In this document: in pieces, positions 21,757-32,000 of the stretch | How positions within the stretch are numbered: position 1 is the first letter of the stretch | Layout of the letters: each line of letters opens with the position of its first letter | Source: Wolbachia endosymbiont of Onchocerca ochengi | Lineage (GTDB): Bacteria; Pseudomonadota; Alphaproteobacteria; Rickettsiales; Anaplasmataceae | NCBI RefSeq assembly: GCF_000306885.1 | Contig: NC_018267.1 | Coordinates: 390,001-422,000 of the forward strand | Length of the DNA: 32,000 bases | Reading direction: 5' to 3' | The notes under the pieces: model-generated | Databases searched by the model: none | Told to the model about the DNA's origin: nothing | What the model saw: the letters and a program-made list of their open reading frames with translations, nothing else | Translations under genes and position numbers: made by a program

Positions 21757-22527
21757 CTAGCGAGTTTTATAGGTATAATATATATAAAATCCAGTACTTA
21801 TTGGAATAGTAAGTGCGTACACCATGCCTAAAATTGGTAAAGTAACCCAAGGCTTGCTGACAAAAAATACGATAAACACTCCAAAAAGCGATACAAATAT
21901 ATAAGATAAGTTTCTGGGAATATAAATATATTTTGCGGAAAAAGTTGGAATATGACTGACTGAGAAAAATGAGATAGCAAAAAAGTAACAAGCAGTGTTC
22001 TTTATGTTGAAAAATTGCTCTATAAGAAGTAAATGTTCACTTTCTTGAGAGTGAAAGGTACCAATTATTGGTAACAAGGAAAGTAAAGCACATATTGGTG
22101 CTGGTACTCCAGAAAAGAAAAACTTTTCCCAGTCAAATTGCTCTACATTTAATGATATATTAAACCTTGCAAGTCTTATCGAGATGCAGATTACATATAT
22201 CATTACCAGTATCCATCCTATAACTTTGATTTCTTTTAATTTCCAAAAGTATAAGAGAAATGCAGGTGCTGCACCGAAGTTCAGAAAATCCGCAAAAGAA
22301 TCAAGTTGTGCTCCGAAATTGCTAGTTAATTTTAAGATTCTGGCTATTTTGCCATCCATTCCATCTATAATTGCTGCAATGATGATAAAAATTACTGCAA
22401 ACTCCCACTGTTCATTAAATGTGAATTTAAGTGAAGTAAGACCAGAACATAGACCTAATAAAGTTATAAAATTTGGAAATAATTTAGCAACAGGCAGAAA
22501 ACTATTGTTATTACCATTATTGTTCAT
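21757..22527 (-). CDS. pssA: CDP-diacylglycerol--serine O-phosphatidyltransferase
   Basis: CDP-alcohol phosphatidyltransferase motif [31 protein letters not shown]. Confidence 0.95.
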   Translation of the reverse strand: MNNNGNNNSFLPVAKLFPNFITLLGLCSGLTSLKFTFNEQWEFAVIFIIIAAIIDGMDGKIARILKLTSNFGAQLDSFADFLNFGAAPAFLLYFWKLKEIKVIGWILVMIYVICISIRLARFNISLNVEQFDWEKFFFSGVPAPICALLSLLPIIGTFHSQESEHLLLIEQFFNIKNTACYFFAISFFSVSHIPTFSAKYIYIPRNLSYIFVSLFGVFIVFFVSKPWVTLPILGMVYALTIPISTGFYIYYTYKTR

Positions 22528-23216
22528 ATAATATCAAAAGTAAGCTTTTCTTGAGTATTTTTCTTATTTAAATTTGCTATAATTGTTTCACCACCGATAA
22601 CGGTTTGTCCTTTTGAGACTCTTATTTCTGTATCAACAGGTACATAGATATTTACTCTACTTCCAAACCTTATAATTCCAAACCTTTCACCTGCTTTTAC
22701 AGCCTGGAAAACTTTTAGGTTACAAACGATACGGCGTGCAACTAGTCCAGCTATTTGTTCTACAATAATTTCTTTTTCCTTTTCGTATTCGATTACAATA
22801 ACTTGTTTTTCATTTTCATTGCTAGATCTATTACTTGTTGCAAACATAAATTTGCCTTTTTTGTAGTGTACTTCTTTTACTGTACCAGATATTGGTATGC
22901 GATTCACATGTACATCCAAAATACTCAAGAATATACTAATAAGTATGAATTTTTTCTCCTCTTCATTTTCCGTTGGTAAAGGATAACTCGCTTCTTCAAT
23001 TTTTGAAATTATACCATCGGCAGGACTTAGTATAAGATCTCTATTGCTTGGCACGACCCTTGTTGGATCACGAAAGAAGTAGATGCATAGTAATGTTGGA
23101 AATAAGCATGTAATACCAAACCCCCAAGATAAAGAGAATGCTATACATGTCACTGTAAAAGAAATTGCTATAAATAAGTAACCTTCCCTGTTTATATTAG
23201 GTAACCAAAAGCACAT
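22524..23216 (-). CDS. psd: Phosphatidylserine decarboxylase proenzyme
   Basis: [35 protein letters not shown] (Gly-Ser processing site); 4-bp overlap with pssA. Confidence 0.95.
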   Translation of the reverse strand: MCFWLPNINREGYLFIAISFTVTCIAFSLSWGFGITCLFPTLLCIYFFRDPTRVVPSNRDLILSPADGIISKIEEASYPLPTENEEEKKFILISIFLSILDVHVNRIPISGTVKEVHYKKGKFMFATSNRSSNENEKQVIVIEYEKEKEIIVEQIAGLVARRIVCNLKVFQAVKAGERFGIIRFGSRVNIYVPVDTEIRVSKGQTVIGGETIIANLNKKNTQEKLTFDII

Positions 23217-25862
23217 AACCTTATTAGCAATAATCTGTTATTAACAATTTATCACTTATCGCTTCTAATGGAAAGTCTTTTTTAACCGCTTCAAGAAAAA
23301 AACTCTTGATCGATGTAAAAGTTAAGTAGTTTTTTGACAAAGGTTTTACTCTAAGTTAGGTTTCTTTTGGACGCAAGAAGTAAGGAGAAGTATAGAGGAT
23401 AAAACTTTAGAAAGGGATTGTCAGAATAAATGGACTTTTGTTTAGAGGATGTGGGCAAACAAGAGTAAAAAGGCATGTGTTGTATGAATTTGTCAGTGAT
23501 TTTACTATACAAAAATAGTATAAGTAAACAAACATTCTATGAGTAGCATAATAAATATAAAACAGTGGAATGAAAAAGAGCTTCTTGCTAAAAAAAAGAA
23601 AGCTAAGGTAACAGAGTGGGAAAGCAGAAATTGGAATAGGAAATTCAGTTATAAGGACGAAAGAAGGGTATAAATAGATAACAAAATTTGTACTAAAAAA
23701 GTGGTATAATGGAACACATGTTAGTGTAGTATATATAATTTTTTTAAAGCTCTAATATAGAGCATAAGGGAAGGTAAAAAAGAAAAATAATTAGAGAAAT
23801 AGCCTTTAGTAAAAAAAGTGAAGGTTAGCATTATATTATTATTTGAGTAAAAATATGGTAAATAGAGACAAAATTGAGCATTTATAAATAGACAATATAA
23901 GCTGCATAGTGTAGAGGAAGTTGTAAAAGTAATACTTATAGTGTTGAGGTATTTTAATTACATAAAGCAAAATTACAGCATATGCTTGAGGAAGTAATGA
24001 CGAGTAGTGGTTCAAAACTTGTATCAGAAGTAATATGAATGAGCATCCTTTTGAAAGAGTGTTAACTTAAATAAAGATAAAGTATTGATATGCAAAGTCA
24101 TATAGGTTGCAAGGAAATAATAAGATAGAGCTCTTTTGAAGAACATTAAACAATGATTTGACTGAGGGTATGTCATTTAAGACTTTTAAAGAATTTAAGA
24201 ATAAGCTACTTAATTTATTATAATAAATACATTAAGATCTTAATAATCTTGTGATTGAATTTTTTTGTAAAACTTTTGTCAATGGATTAATTTTTCTTTA
24301 TAAGACGGTTTATCGAAACTGAAAAAAGGTAAAAAACCGTATTTGTTTACTGAGTATGGCTAAAAACATGTTATAGTTTCAGAAGTCTATTTTTCTTATT
24401 GGATTTTATAAAATATTAAGAAGTGATTACATTTTTTCTAAGTTTAGCCTACCTTATTTTAACAATTGTGCTTGTTTAGTTTTTTTCTATTATATCTCTG
24501 AATAGAGATGTTTTTTTTAAAAAGTAATGTGCTTAGTATCTAGAAAAGTCTGCATGGATATTCTTCATAACAATATTTTTTCTTAAGGAAAGCCGTTGTT
24601 TCATTGTAAGAATATAGCACCTGATCAACATTTACTTATAAATTTTCTAAAGAATTGTGAATTAGTTTTCTCTGAAAAGAATGTGGTAACACTTATCTTA
24701 CATAGTTTCACGTAATCTTATACACATACCATTTATTTATGGGGAATTGGCTTTGTACTAAAATGGTTAATGTTTCTAATTCCAAATATAGCTGATAAAA
24801 TATGGTTTTTAGGCTTGCTACAATATTTTATACTTCTAATCAGTTAGAGTTTATAATAATGAAATTTTATGCTCATTAAAAAGTGAAATGACTCTGTCGT
24901 CGAGAAAATCTATAGCCATATAATAGCTATTTTGTTTATATACAATTTGGTAAGTTTAAGTTATGAATAAGTATCAATAAATGTCTGCTGATAAATTGGC
25001 CGAGTGGACTTGACTATTACCTGCATATAATTAAGTATCTTGATTGCTAAATATTTTGAATATTGTATCTCAATTTTACCTTATGCTTCTTTTTGTACTT
25101 TAGTCATTTCTAGAATAGCAAATTGTCTTCTGTTAAGTATTTAAAAAGCTCACCTTGAACTGTTTTTGCTTTAAGTGCTTTTTGATTTCTTTTTAAAAGT
25201 TTCAAGATTATACTTATTTTTCATATTAACCTTATCTCATCAGGAGATATTAAAATACCTCTTTTTTAGTTTCTTATCTGTACTTAGCTTATCCATACAC
25301 CAAAAAACTCTCTAATGCTATATTGTCCTTTCTATATCTTTCAGTACCCTATTTGCAAGCGTAGTGACTTTTCTTTTTTTTTCATATAGTGCTTCTTTTC
25401 CTTTTTTGTATAGCTCATTATGCTAATGAAATGTCTTCTTATGAGAATCCATAAAAGAGCTCTATAAATCCATACTCTTTTCTAATTGTTTACTCTGTGA
25501 TGTTGGTACTTATTTCTCTTGCAATCACCGGTAGTTTTGGATAATGGGAAGCTCTGTTAAAATAACTGTTTAAAGAGTGGAAACAGAGACTGAATGGGTT
25601 ATAAGTTGGATAAGTGGAATTCAGGAAAGCTCCAATGAAAGAAAAATTTAGTAAAAGTGAGTAATGGTAAAAAATTTTTTGTTGACTCTATTCTATTTAA
25701 TAGACTTGATTTGTTTTTGTTACTTTATATAACTAAGTATATGCCTTTGATTATAAGTAAAGGTAATGAGGTTACACCTTACGTATAGTCAATTTCGTTA
25801 AATTAACAATTAAGCATGAGGGAAATTAGCTTTAATATTGTTCGTTATCTATATAAGTAAAG

Positions 25863-26585
25863 TTGATGTCTTTTTTAATTGTAGCAAATTGGAAAATGAA
25901 TGGAACGCGGTCTTTGTTTGTTGACTTTATAAATAAACTTAACAATAAGAGCAATGGAATTACCTCTAAGATCGTGGTTTGTCCACCTTTTACATCATTG
26001 CCAGATGCCATAGAGCTAAGCGATAATATTAATATAGGAGCACAGAATTGCCATTATAAAAAATATGGATCTTACACAGGTGAGGTTAGTGCAAGGATGT
26101 TAAAAGAATTAGAATGTACTTATGTAATACTTGGACATTCTGAAAGAACCAACGAAACAGATAGTGAAATAAAACTTAAGTCAGAAATAGCAATAGAGTC
26201 TGGTCTACACCCAATTATTTGTGTAGGTGAAAATGCAGAAAATTATAAGAGTAGGAGAACAAAGGAAGTAATAGTATATCAATGCAAAAACCGCTTATTG
26301 ATACATAGTGAATATACTGTAGCATATGAACCGTTGTGGGCAATAGGTACAGGGTATATACCAAGCAATGATGAAATTGCTGAGGTAATAGAGGTAATAA
26401 AATCCTGTATTGGTGAAAAACAGGTTATATATGGTGGTTCAGTTAGTTTGGAAAATATAGGAAGTTTGCTTAGGATCTCAAATTTATCAGGAGTTTTGAT
26501 TGGTAGTGCAAGCCTAGATTTTGATTACTTTTATAAAATTATACAACAAGTTGAAGAAACCTACAATTCTGAAATCAGTAATTAG
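25863..26585 (+). CDS. tpiA: Triosephosphate isomerase
   Basis: [56 protein letters not shown]. Confidence 0.97.
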   Translation: MMSFLIVANWKMNGTRSLFVDFINKLNNKSNGITSKIVVCPPFTSLPDAIELSDNINIGAQNCHYKKYGSYTGEVSARMLKELECTYVILGHSERTNETDSEIKLKSEIAIESGLHPIICVGENAENYKSRRTKEVIVYQCKNRLLIHSEYTVAYEPLWAIGTGYIPSNDEIAEVIEVIKSCIGEKQVIYGGSVSLENIGSLLRISNLSGVLIGSASLDFDYFYKIIQQVEETYNSEISN

Positions 26586-26618
26586 GAAATCTGTATACAT
26601 ACTAACAGATTTAAGGAG

Positions 26619-27767
26619 TACAAGATAGCAGCATTAATAATTGCAGCGGGAGGAGCAATAAATGCAAAATAGTGCAGTTTCTAAGCAGTGTATAAAGCTA
26701 ACAGGTAAACCTATCTTGTTTCATACAGTCAGAAAATTCTTAGCTAACTAGCATATAGATTATGTAATAGTGGTCATTAACGAATGATTATGAAAATTTC
26801 TATAAGAAAGCTATATCATCATATCATCAATTATAGATACTAAATTCTGAGGTCAGTATACGGGTAAGAAATTAGGTAAAACTCAGTTAAATTGGGACTT
26901 GAGAGTTTGCAAAAGAAATGAACCATGATTTTGTCATTATGCACGATGCCTGTAGGCTGTTTGCGTTAGATGTTCTAATAGATAGCTTAGCTCAGTTTAT
27001 GATTAATGGTCGGCATGCTGAAGTAGTCCAAGGCAATAGAAGTTGAAAGTACTATGTTGATGATAAATGATGGTTCTGTCGAATTCATGATTTTAAGAGA
27101 GAAACTTAGAGTGGTATAAACTCCTCAAATCTTTGATTTTAAAAAATTACTATTATGCCGTCGGTTAAATAAAAAATTTACTGATGGTTCATCGCTTGTG
27201 GTAGAGTACAAAAATGTGTTGTAGTTATTGGAGGTGAAAAAAGTAATTTCAAGTTAACTATAAAAGAAGATATTTGTATGGTAAATCTCCTTCTTGAATA
27301 ACCAAAATATCGTGTTGTTGGAACGGATTGTCATATATATAAGTTTATCAAAACTCAAGATGAACTCAGGAATTTTGTAAGAATTTGTGCTGTAGAGATT
27401 GAGCACTATATAGTAATAGAAGTATATTCGCGATGGTGATGCGATAATACACGCAATAGTTGATGCAATATCGGGAACGCTAGAATATGATGATATAGGG
27501 GTTTTCCTTCTAATTTTGCTAATTGGAAAGATTGTGACTCATCTTATTTTCTAAGCTTTGCTGCTACAAGAGCTAAAGGAAGAGGATCGTGTATCTAATT
27601 TAGACATTACTATAGTTTGTGAAGAGCCTAAAATGTTGCCTTATATTGATTGTAAATTTGTAATATAGAAACAACAACTGCAGAAAAATTGGGTTCTATT
27701 GGAAGAAGTGAAAGAATAGCAGCGGCATGCTTCCATATTATTGGACAAGTTAGCGTCTTGTGTTAAT
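26619..27767 (+). pseudogene. ispDF: Disrupted bifunctional IspD/IspF (MEP cytidylyltransferase / MECDP synthase) fusion
   Basis: IspD pieces: KIAALIIAAGGAINAK*, CIKLTGKPILFHTVRKFLAN*HIDYVIVVIN, HDFVIMHDACRLFALDVLIDSLAQFMINGRHAEVVQGNRS*, TPQIFDFKKLLL, KKFTDGSSLVVEYKNV. IspF pieces: GDAIIHAIVDAISGTLEYDDIG, NLDITIVCEEPKMLPYI, TTAEKLGSIGRSERIAAACFHI. Multiple frameshifts and stops. Confidence 0.88.
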
Positions 27768-28205
27768 TTTCCCTTAACGCTTATGACCATATCTATTAAG
27801 TAGAATCACTTGAGGTAGTTTGAAACCTGCTCCTAAAAATTAATTTCAAAAAAAATCCTCTTTCATCTTCAATAAAAGTTCTCACGAACATTGCTCTGTT
27901 TATTGCTGTAGCATGTAGTCAAGTTTTGGGTCGAGGAATTTTATAAAGCCATGAAAAATTAATTTTAAAAATGTTAATAATGGTGCAATATTTTCGCAAG
28001 TATTCAATCCTCTTATATCTAAATTTTAAGTCTTGGATGTGTTGATCAAAGAAAATGACCTCTTCACACGGGTCTAAGATTATGTCTTAGTCCAGCTTCA
28101 TTTGATAAATCCACTACATAGTTTATGGACGTAGTAGACATTATCCAAATTAAAATGCCTTACTTTTACTTTTTAGTATACTTTTTTTAGCGCTATACAT
28201 ATTCA

Positions 28206-28970
28206 CTTTTCATTTCCCTTTTTGTTTGGTAAAAATCTTCAATTTATGCATCCTATAGAGTTTTATACATTCCGTCTTTATCAAGAAGTTTTTAGTTCAT
28301 GCAGTTTTCTATAATCTTGTCACATAATTAAGTAATTAAGTACTGAAATGCGGTCTATATGCAAAAACATAGATAGGAGATGTGCTATTACTATGATAGA
28401 CTTCATCTTATATATGATTCATATGGAAATTTTTGGATATTATTTTCACTTGCAGAATTGAGTTGTGATGTTGTCTAATCTAGAATTAATATAGGTGCAA
28501 TTAAAAAAATTGCTTTTACTAATTGTAATACTTTACCTCTACCAATCCAAAAATTTTACACCTCTTCTCTTAACAAGTGACTCGTAACCTTGAGGCAATT
28601 TTAAAATAAATCCATCGGCGTGTGAACATTTAACAGCCTCTACAACTTCATCATCACTAGCCTATATTTTGTCATAATGAGTATTTTAACAGAGTTATAT
28701 GAAAAAGTGATGAATCTTGTGGAATCGTTTTTACTCTTTTGTGTAAAGAACTCTGTTATGTTGGAAATATCTTGCCGTTAATTAAAATTTTCTAGACTTT
28801 ACATCGTAAAACCTGAGAGGTTAGGGTTACAGAATGTTGATTTGCCTTTACCCCAATAATCAACAGGTTCTACTTTTTGGTTAGATTCAATTATCATGAG
28901 CTTGTTTCTAAATATTAGTATTGCATTATTCATAATGGAAATGAATTTTATCAAAAGTAGTTTTGGTTTT
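28206..28970 (-). pseudogene. Disrupted ABC exporter (MsbA/HlyB-like) nucleotide-binding domain
   Basis: In shifting frames: FDKIHFHYE, SNQKV-VDYWGKGKSTFCN (Walker A), QDISNITEF, SDDEVVEAVKCSHADGFILKLPQGYESLVKRRGVKF, IAPILILD (Walker B), followed by residual H-loop region and KLYRMHKLK. Confidence 0.8.
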
Positions 28971-30054
28971 TTTTAATGGCTAGATCTATAATATTTAGCT
29001 GATCTTAAAAATTTTATGAGTGAAAGTGATTGTTCTTAGAGCTTGAGTAATTCTTACTTACGATTGGAAAATCGTAAAAAGTTTTTCGCTATCATCCAAA
29101 GAGAATTAGCTATTGCTATGTTAATAATCGTAATAAAGGAAAAAAGTATTCGGTAGTTATTAATCCTTAACTCTTTCTTTAGTTAGAAAATAATAAATTA
29201 AGTATTTGTACAGTTATAAATGAGAAGGCATAGAAAGTGAAAATTGGCATGCCTGGCTATTAAGGTTCTCTGTTTTGCTTTAATAATTTTGCTATGAGGA
29301 TCCATAAAGATGATTTTCCTGGTATCTGTTTGAAAATAACCTTGTAATGATGTTTAAGAGTACATCTATCATTTTGCCAGTAAGTACTTGAGCTAAGCTC
29401 TAATCATGTATCTGTAAAATAAAGTTGATATTTGCTTACAAAAAAATAAACTTTGATACAAAGTACTAGCATGCGGCTTAAAGCTATTAATTATAATTTG
29501 TATAATATTTAGAACATAGTTTATCAAATTGTTAACCTTATTAATAAAACTGCTATAGGAGTTATTTTTATAGTAACTATTACTTTGATTTAATAATATG
29601 GTAATACTTAATTTAACAATATTTTTACGAAGGTGGAACCTATCTTAATTTCAAAAATAGTTGTGTAATTTGATAATTCATTTAAGTGAGCATGATATTA
29701 GTATATATAGATATGAAGGGAATTGCTGTTTTATGAAAAGAGTTACCTACATTTGATGTTAAAGGACAATCTACAATAACTTTTATTATTAAATATGCCT
29801 AAGCATGGGCTGCTAAAAGGAAATATCTACGGCCCAGACTAATGCTAATAGCAACGCTATTGTAGTATTAACCAAAGGTGGATATGGTATTTTCATGATG
29901 AAAGATACAACCTACTTTGTTGTGATATTATTTGTATTTCACTTAAATTGTTAGTGGAACGGACTGATATAGAGTTATATTAATCATCGAAAAATTACTC
30001 TATATTAATGTTATAGTACTTTATCGATCAAAAAATAAAAAGGGGAAAATAGCT

Positions 30055-31368
30055 GTGCTTATACAAGATAACATTTCACTTTGCAAACGATGGATATTTT
30101 TGGCAGTATGCGCTCTTGCTTGTTCTGGGCTACTGTCGATAATTGTTGTTTTCCTGCGGTTGCCTTTTGTTTTCTCTCTCATTCCCTCTGCACAATATAT
30201 CTTTGATAATGCACTAGTGATACATGTGAATTTATCAATTTTGGTATGGATGTGTTCTATAATATCTTTACTTTTTATTATAAACCTACAAAACACCAAT
30301 AATTGGCTTAGCTTTTTATGGGTTCTGTCAACCCTTTCCATGCTACTGATATTTGTGTCAGCATTTGTTCCGGGTACTGAAGTTATTAAGAGCAACTATA
30401 TTCCCGTGTTACAAAACAAATTATTTTTGTTTGGGCTTAGTTTGTTTATTATCAGCATATTGGTAAATGCAGCTTTTACCTGTATGTTAAATAGGCAAGT
30501 CTCATACTTTTTTGTTGGGCAAGTTGGGTTAGTTATTATATTTGTATCGTCGTTCCTTTGCCTTGTTCTAGCTCACAGAAACATGCCTGTAGATTTATAT
30601 CACTTAGATAAAAATTTATTTTACGAATATCTCTTTTGGGGAAGTGGACATTTGCTGCAATTTGCTTTTACTCAAGGAATGTTTTTAGTTTATTTGATAA
30701 TGTTGAGTTCCAGTGTCAATCTAACTTCAAACAATAAAATTGCTATTTTGCCACTATTTATAAATATGATCTTGGCTGTATGTGGACCATTTATATATTC
30801 TATTTACTCGGTGAATAGTGCTGAATTGATACAGTTTTTTACTTGGCATATGAGAACTGCTGGAGCAATTTTGCCGTGTTTTTTAACAATATTAGTGTGT
30901 CGTAGTATAAAAAGCTTACTTAATGATAAGAACAGTTATTTATTACACTCATTTGTGTTGTTCACTTATGGAGGCATACTTGGAGTACTAACTGTTGAAG
31001 GAAATGTTACCATTCCTGCTCATTATCACGGTTCTGTAATTGGCATCACTATAGCTTTTATGAATTTTGTTTATTGGTTATTACCAAAACTGAACTGTAA
31101 AGAGGTAGAAAACTTTGTGGTAAAATTGCAAATTTATGCCTATGGCTTTGGACATTTTCTTCATATTACTGGTCTTGTTTGGCTTGGTGGATACAGTGCC
31201 TTAAGAAAAGTTGCGGATTTGCCAAGTATTTCATCAATATTAGCACGTACCTGCTTTATTGCGGGTGGAGCTATATCAGTTATTGGTGGAGTGTTGTTTG
31301 TAGTAATTGTGCTTTTATCTCTGTTTAAAGGCAGAGCGCGTAGCTGTGCTTCTTGGAATAATTCATAG
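30055..31368 (+). CDS. Heme-copper oxidase subunit I-like membrane protein (COX1/cbb3-like family)
   Basis: Multi-span protein with FWGSGHLLQF, WHMRTAGAILP, GNVTIPAHYHGSVIGI, GFGHFLHITGLVWLGGYSALRKV; GTG start preceded by AGGGGAAA. Confidence 0.8.
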   Translation: MLIQDNISLCKRWIFLAVCALACSGLLSIIVVFLRLPFVFSLIPSAQYIFDNALVIHVNLSILVWMCSIISLLFIINLQNTNNWLSFLWVLSTLSMLLIFVSAFVPGTEVIKSNYIPVLQNKLFLFGLSLFIISILVNAAFTCMLNRQVSYFFVGQVGLVIIFVSSFLCLVLAHRNMPVDLYHLDKNLFYEYLFWGSGHLLQFAFTQGMFLVYLIMLSSSVNLTSNNKIAILPLFINMILAVCGPFIYSIYSVNSAELIQFFTWHMRTAGAILPCFLTILVCRSIKSLLNDKNSYLLHSFVLFTYGGILGVLTVEGNVTIPAHYHGSVIGITIAFMNFVYWLLPKLNCKEVENFVVKLQIYAYGFGHFLHITGLVWLGGYSALRKVADLPSISSILARTCFIAGGAISVIGGVLFVVIVLLSLFKGRARSCASWNNS

Positions 31369-31671
31369 AAAAATTCTTTAACAAATTTCTTGCTAACTCC
31401 TATTATTATACTAATAAAGATATTGAATTATCTTCAACCTTTGCAGGTCAAGTGATGGAAGTATTACGAGATTAGTGTCTTATATTTTATTTTTATGGCT
31501 TTATGTCTTTACTAGATTTTAGTTTTTATCCATACAAGCTGAAATGCATTTATAGAACGTTAAAAAAATGAGAACATCAATTTACAGGATTAGAGAATAA
31601 TAAATAACTGTCTGCATGAGGATTTCTTTTGTTTTTTTTCTGAGCATTTAAACTTAGGATATCTGATACAG

Positions 31672-31824
31672 TTTAAGAGTAGCTAAATTGCAGCGCTTTA
31701 AGGCTTAGAAAAAACGCTAGTGCTAGAAGTAAGTACTGGCGAGGATTTCTTCTGCCTTTTTCTGCTTATTAAAGCTTTTGATATTTTATTATTAAGGGAA
31801 TTTAAGAACAGCTGAATCGCAGTG
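31672..31824 (+). repeat. Imperfect direct repeat of 24 nt, two copies 129 bp apart (31672-31695 and 31801-31824)
   Basis: TTTAAGAGTAGCTAAATTGCAGCG vs TTTAAGAACAGCTGAATCGCAGTG, 19/24 identical; a weaker partial match (AAGTTTAATTGCAATTATT) lies near 31876. Confidence 0.45.
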
Positions 31825-31940
31825 TTGTAGAAAATACGATATTTAAAATATCTACTTCTTTCTAGGTTATACAAGAAGTTTAATTGCAATTATTGATCAT
31901 TCAAATATATAATCTGTTGAGACTTATGTAATCTTTATAG

Positions 31941-32000
31941 ATGAAAGAAAAAGAAAGACAATTTAGTTTTACATCGGAAAATCTTGAGAAGGCAAAAAAG
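31941..32000 (+). CDS. N-terminus of an ORF running off the window, possibly NADH-quinone oxidoreductase subunit E
   Basis: ATG at 31941, open to the end: MKEKERQFSFTSENLEKAKK; resembles NuoE N-termini, but only 20 codons are visible. Confidence 0.4.
   Translation, partial: MKEKERQFSFTSENLEKAKK

Noticed and set aside
22184-22979. Plus-strand ORFs opposite pssA and psd (22184-22531 and 22755-22979)
   Set aside because: They are antisense to well-supported genes and read as compositional artefacts.
30021-30395. Minus-strand 124-aa ORF opposite the oxidase-like gene
   Set aside because: Shadow of a recognisable membrane protein; no independent support.
1-32000. CRISPR arrays, tRNA/rRNA genes, prophage modules, toxin-antitoxin or cytoplasmic-incompatibility loci
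   Set aside because: By-eye scan showed no regular spacer repeats, no convincing T-loop/acceptor pairing and no matching protein motifs. A tRNAscan/Infernal run would be needed to exclude small RNAs.

Overview
The window is AT-rich, low-density bacterial chromosome that looks like Wolbachia/Anaplasmataceae. That assignment is inferred from protein character, not from a database search. Intact genes: guaA (3' part), a TerC-family gene, an MrpE/MnhE-like gene, purN, a tandem pair of M16 peptidases, lspA, a glutaredoxin, a 3-methyladenine DNA glycosylase, uvrA, plsY, an AGCS-family symporter, pssA, psd, tpiA, a COX1-like heme-copper oxidase-family gene, and possibly the start of nuoE at the right edge. 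The main result from hand translation is that several gaps are not empty. They hold recognisable, multiply disrupted pseudogenes: ribF (7163-8096), ruvB (11229-12204), ruvA (12244-12770), a fused ispD-ispF (about 26619-27767) and an ABC-exporter ATPase domain (about 28206-28970). Remaining long gaps (16.1-18.2, 20.4-21.7, 23.2-25.9 and 29.0-30.0 kb) look like further decayed DNA that I cannot identify. I found no convincing tRNA/rRNA, CRISPR array, intact transposon or new defence/secretion system. The notable content is advanced gene erosion in pathways usually treated as core: Holliday junction migration, isoprenoid synthesis and FMN/FAD synthesis.
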